64,000 nucleotides of DNA from Lingula anatina. Its lineage: Eukaryota > Animalia > Brachiopoda. Positions 63,737-64,000 of this stretch are shown here, one piece after another (the first letter of the stretch is position 1; each line of letters opens with the position of its first letter). The DNA lies in contig CM120648.1 in NCBI GenBank assembly GCA_051362555.1, positions 19,340,587-19,404,586 of the forward strand, given 5' to 3'. The notes under the pieces were generated by a model that was not told where the DNA came from, searched no databases, and saw only the letters and a list, made by a program, of their open reading frames with translations. The position numbers were made by a program, and so were the translations under genes.

Positions 63737-63950
63737 CCGCAGTAGAGGAGACCACAGAAATGTGACCACGACTATTGGTTAACAGAGGTAGTGCATGGGA
63801 CGCCAGATAAACATATGACCGGAAGTTAACGTCCATACTGGTGGTCAGTCTCGTGAAGTTGTCCCCTGTCCCCAGCCACGGCTGAACGTTAGGGAGTATG
63901 GCATGGTTCAAAATCAGTATGTCCAGCCCGCCGAGTTTGTTTTCCGTAAA
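63737..63950 (-). CDS. Short-chain dehydrogenase/reductase (HSD11B1-like), internal exon; 5' exons lie outside the window
   Basis: KLGGLDILILNHA...MDVNFRSYVYLASHALPLL...GHISVVSSTAG. ttctaag acceptor, gtgggt donor; phase matches the next exon. Confidence 0.85.
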
Positions 63951-64000
63951 CTTAGAAAAAACAATAACGTTTTTTTAATATTTAGCCAATCGTTTGTTGC

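Overview
AT-rich, intron-containing animal genomic DNA, not prokaryotic. The repeat families and NHL style suggest a marine lophotrochozoan; a brachiopod or mollusc is a low-confidence guess. The main feature is a + strand gene of about 45 kb that I spliced by hand from 10 GT-AG exons with consistent phases (10731..56142, 3792 nt, 1263 aa). Its domain order is NHL beta-propeller - Roc GTPase - COR - DZIP3-like HEPN (RNYIQH, Rx4H) - short helical linker - C-terminal hydrophobic tail. That makes it a ROCO protein without LRR or kinase but with a predicted RNase effector, a candidate GTPase-gated innate-immune sensor/nuclease. Its introns hold a 5.4-kb intron-containing but disabled hAT transposon, a 4.9-kb long-TIR element, and a 22-kb block of nested Helentron/HINE-type elements with 161-bp and ~145-bp satellites. 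On the - strand downstream are a disrupted 3' part of DIS3L2 and two exons of an HSD11B1-like SDR; each has a tandemly amplified splice-donor junction. The first 10 kb is MITEs and decayed transposon genes. Domain and TE family calls come from motif recognition by eye, not from database searches.
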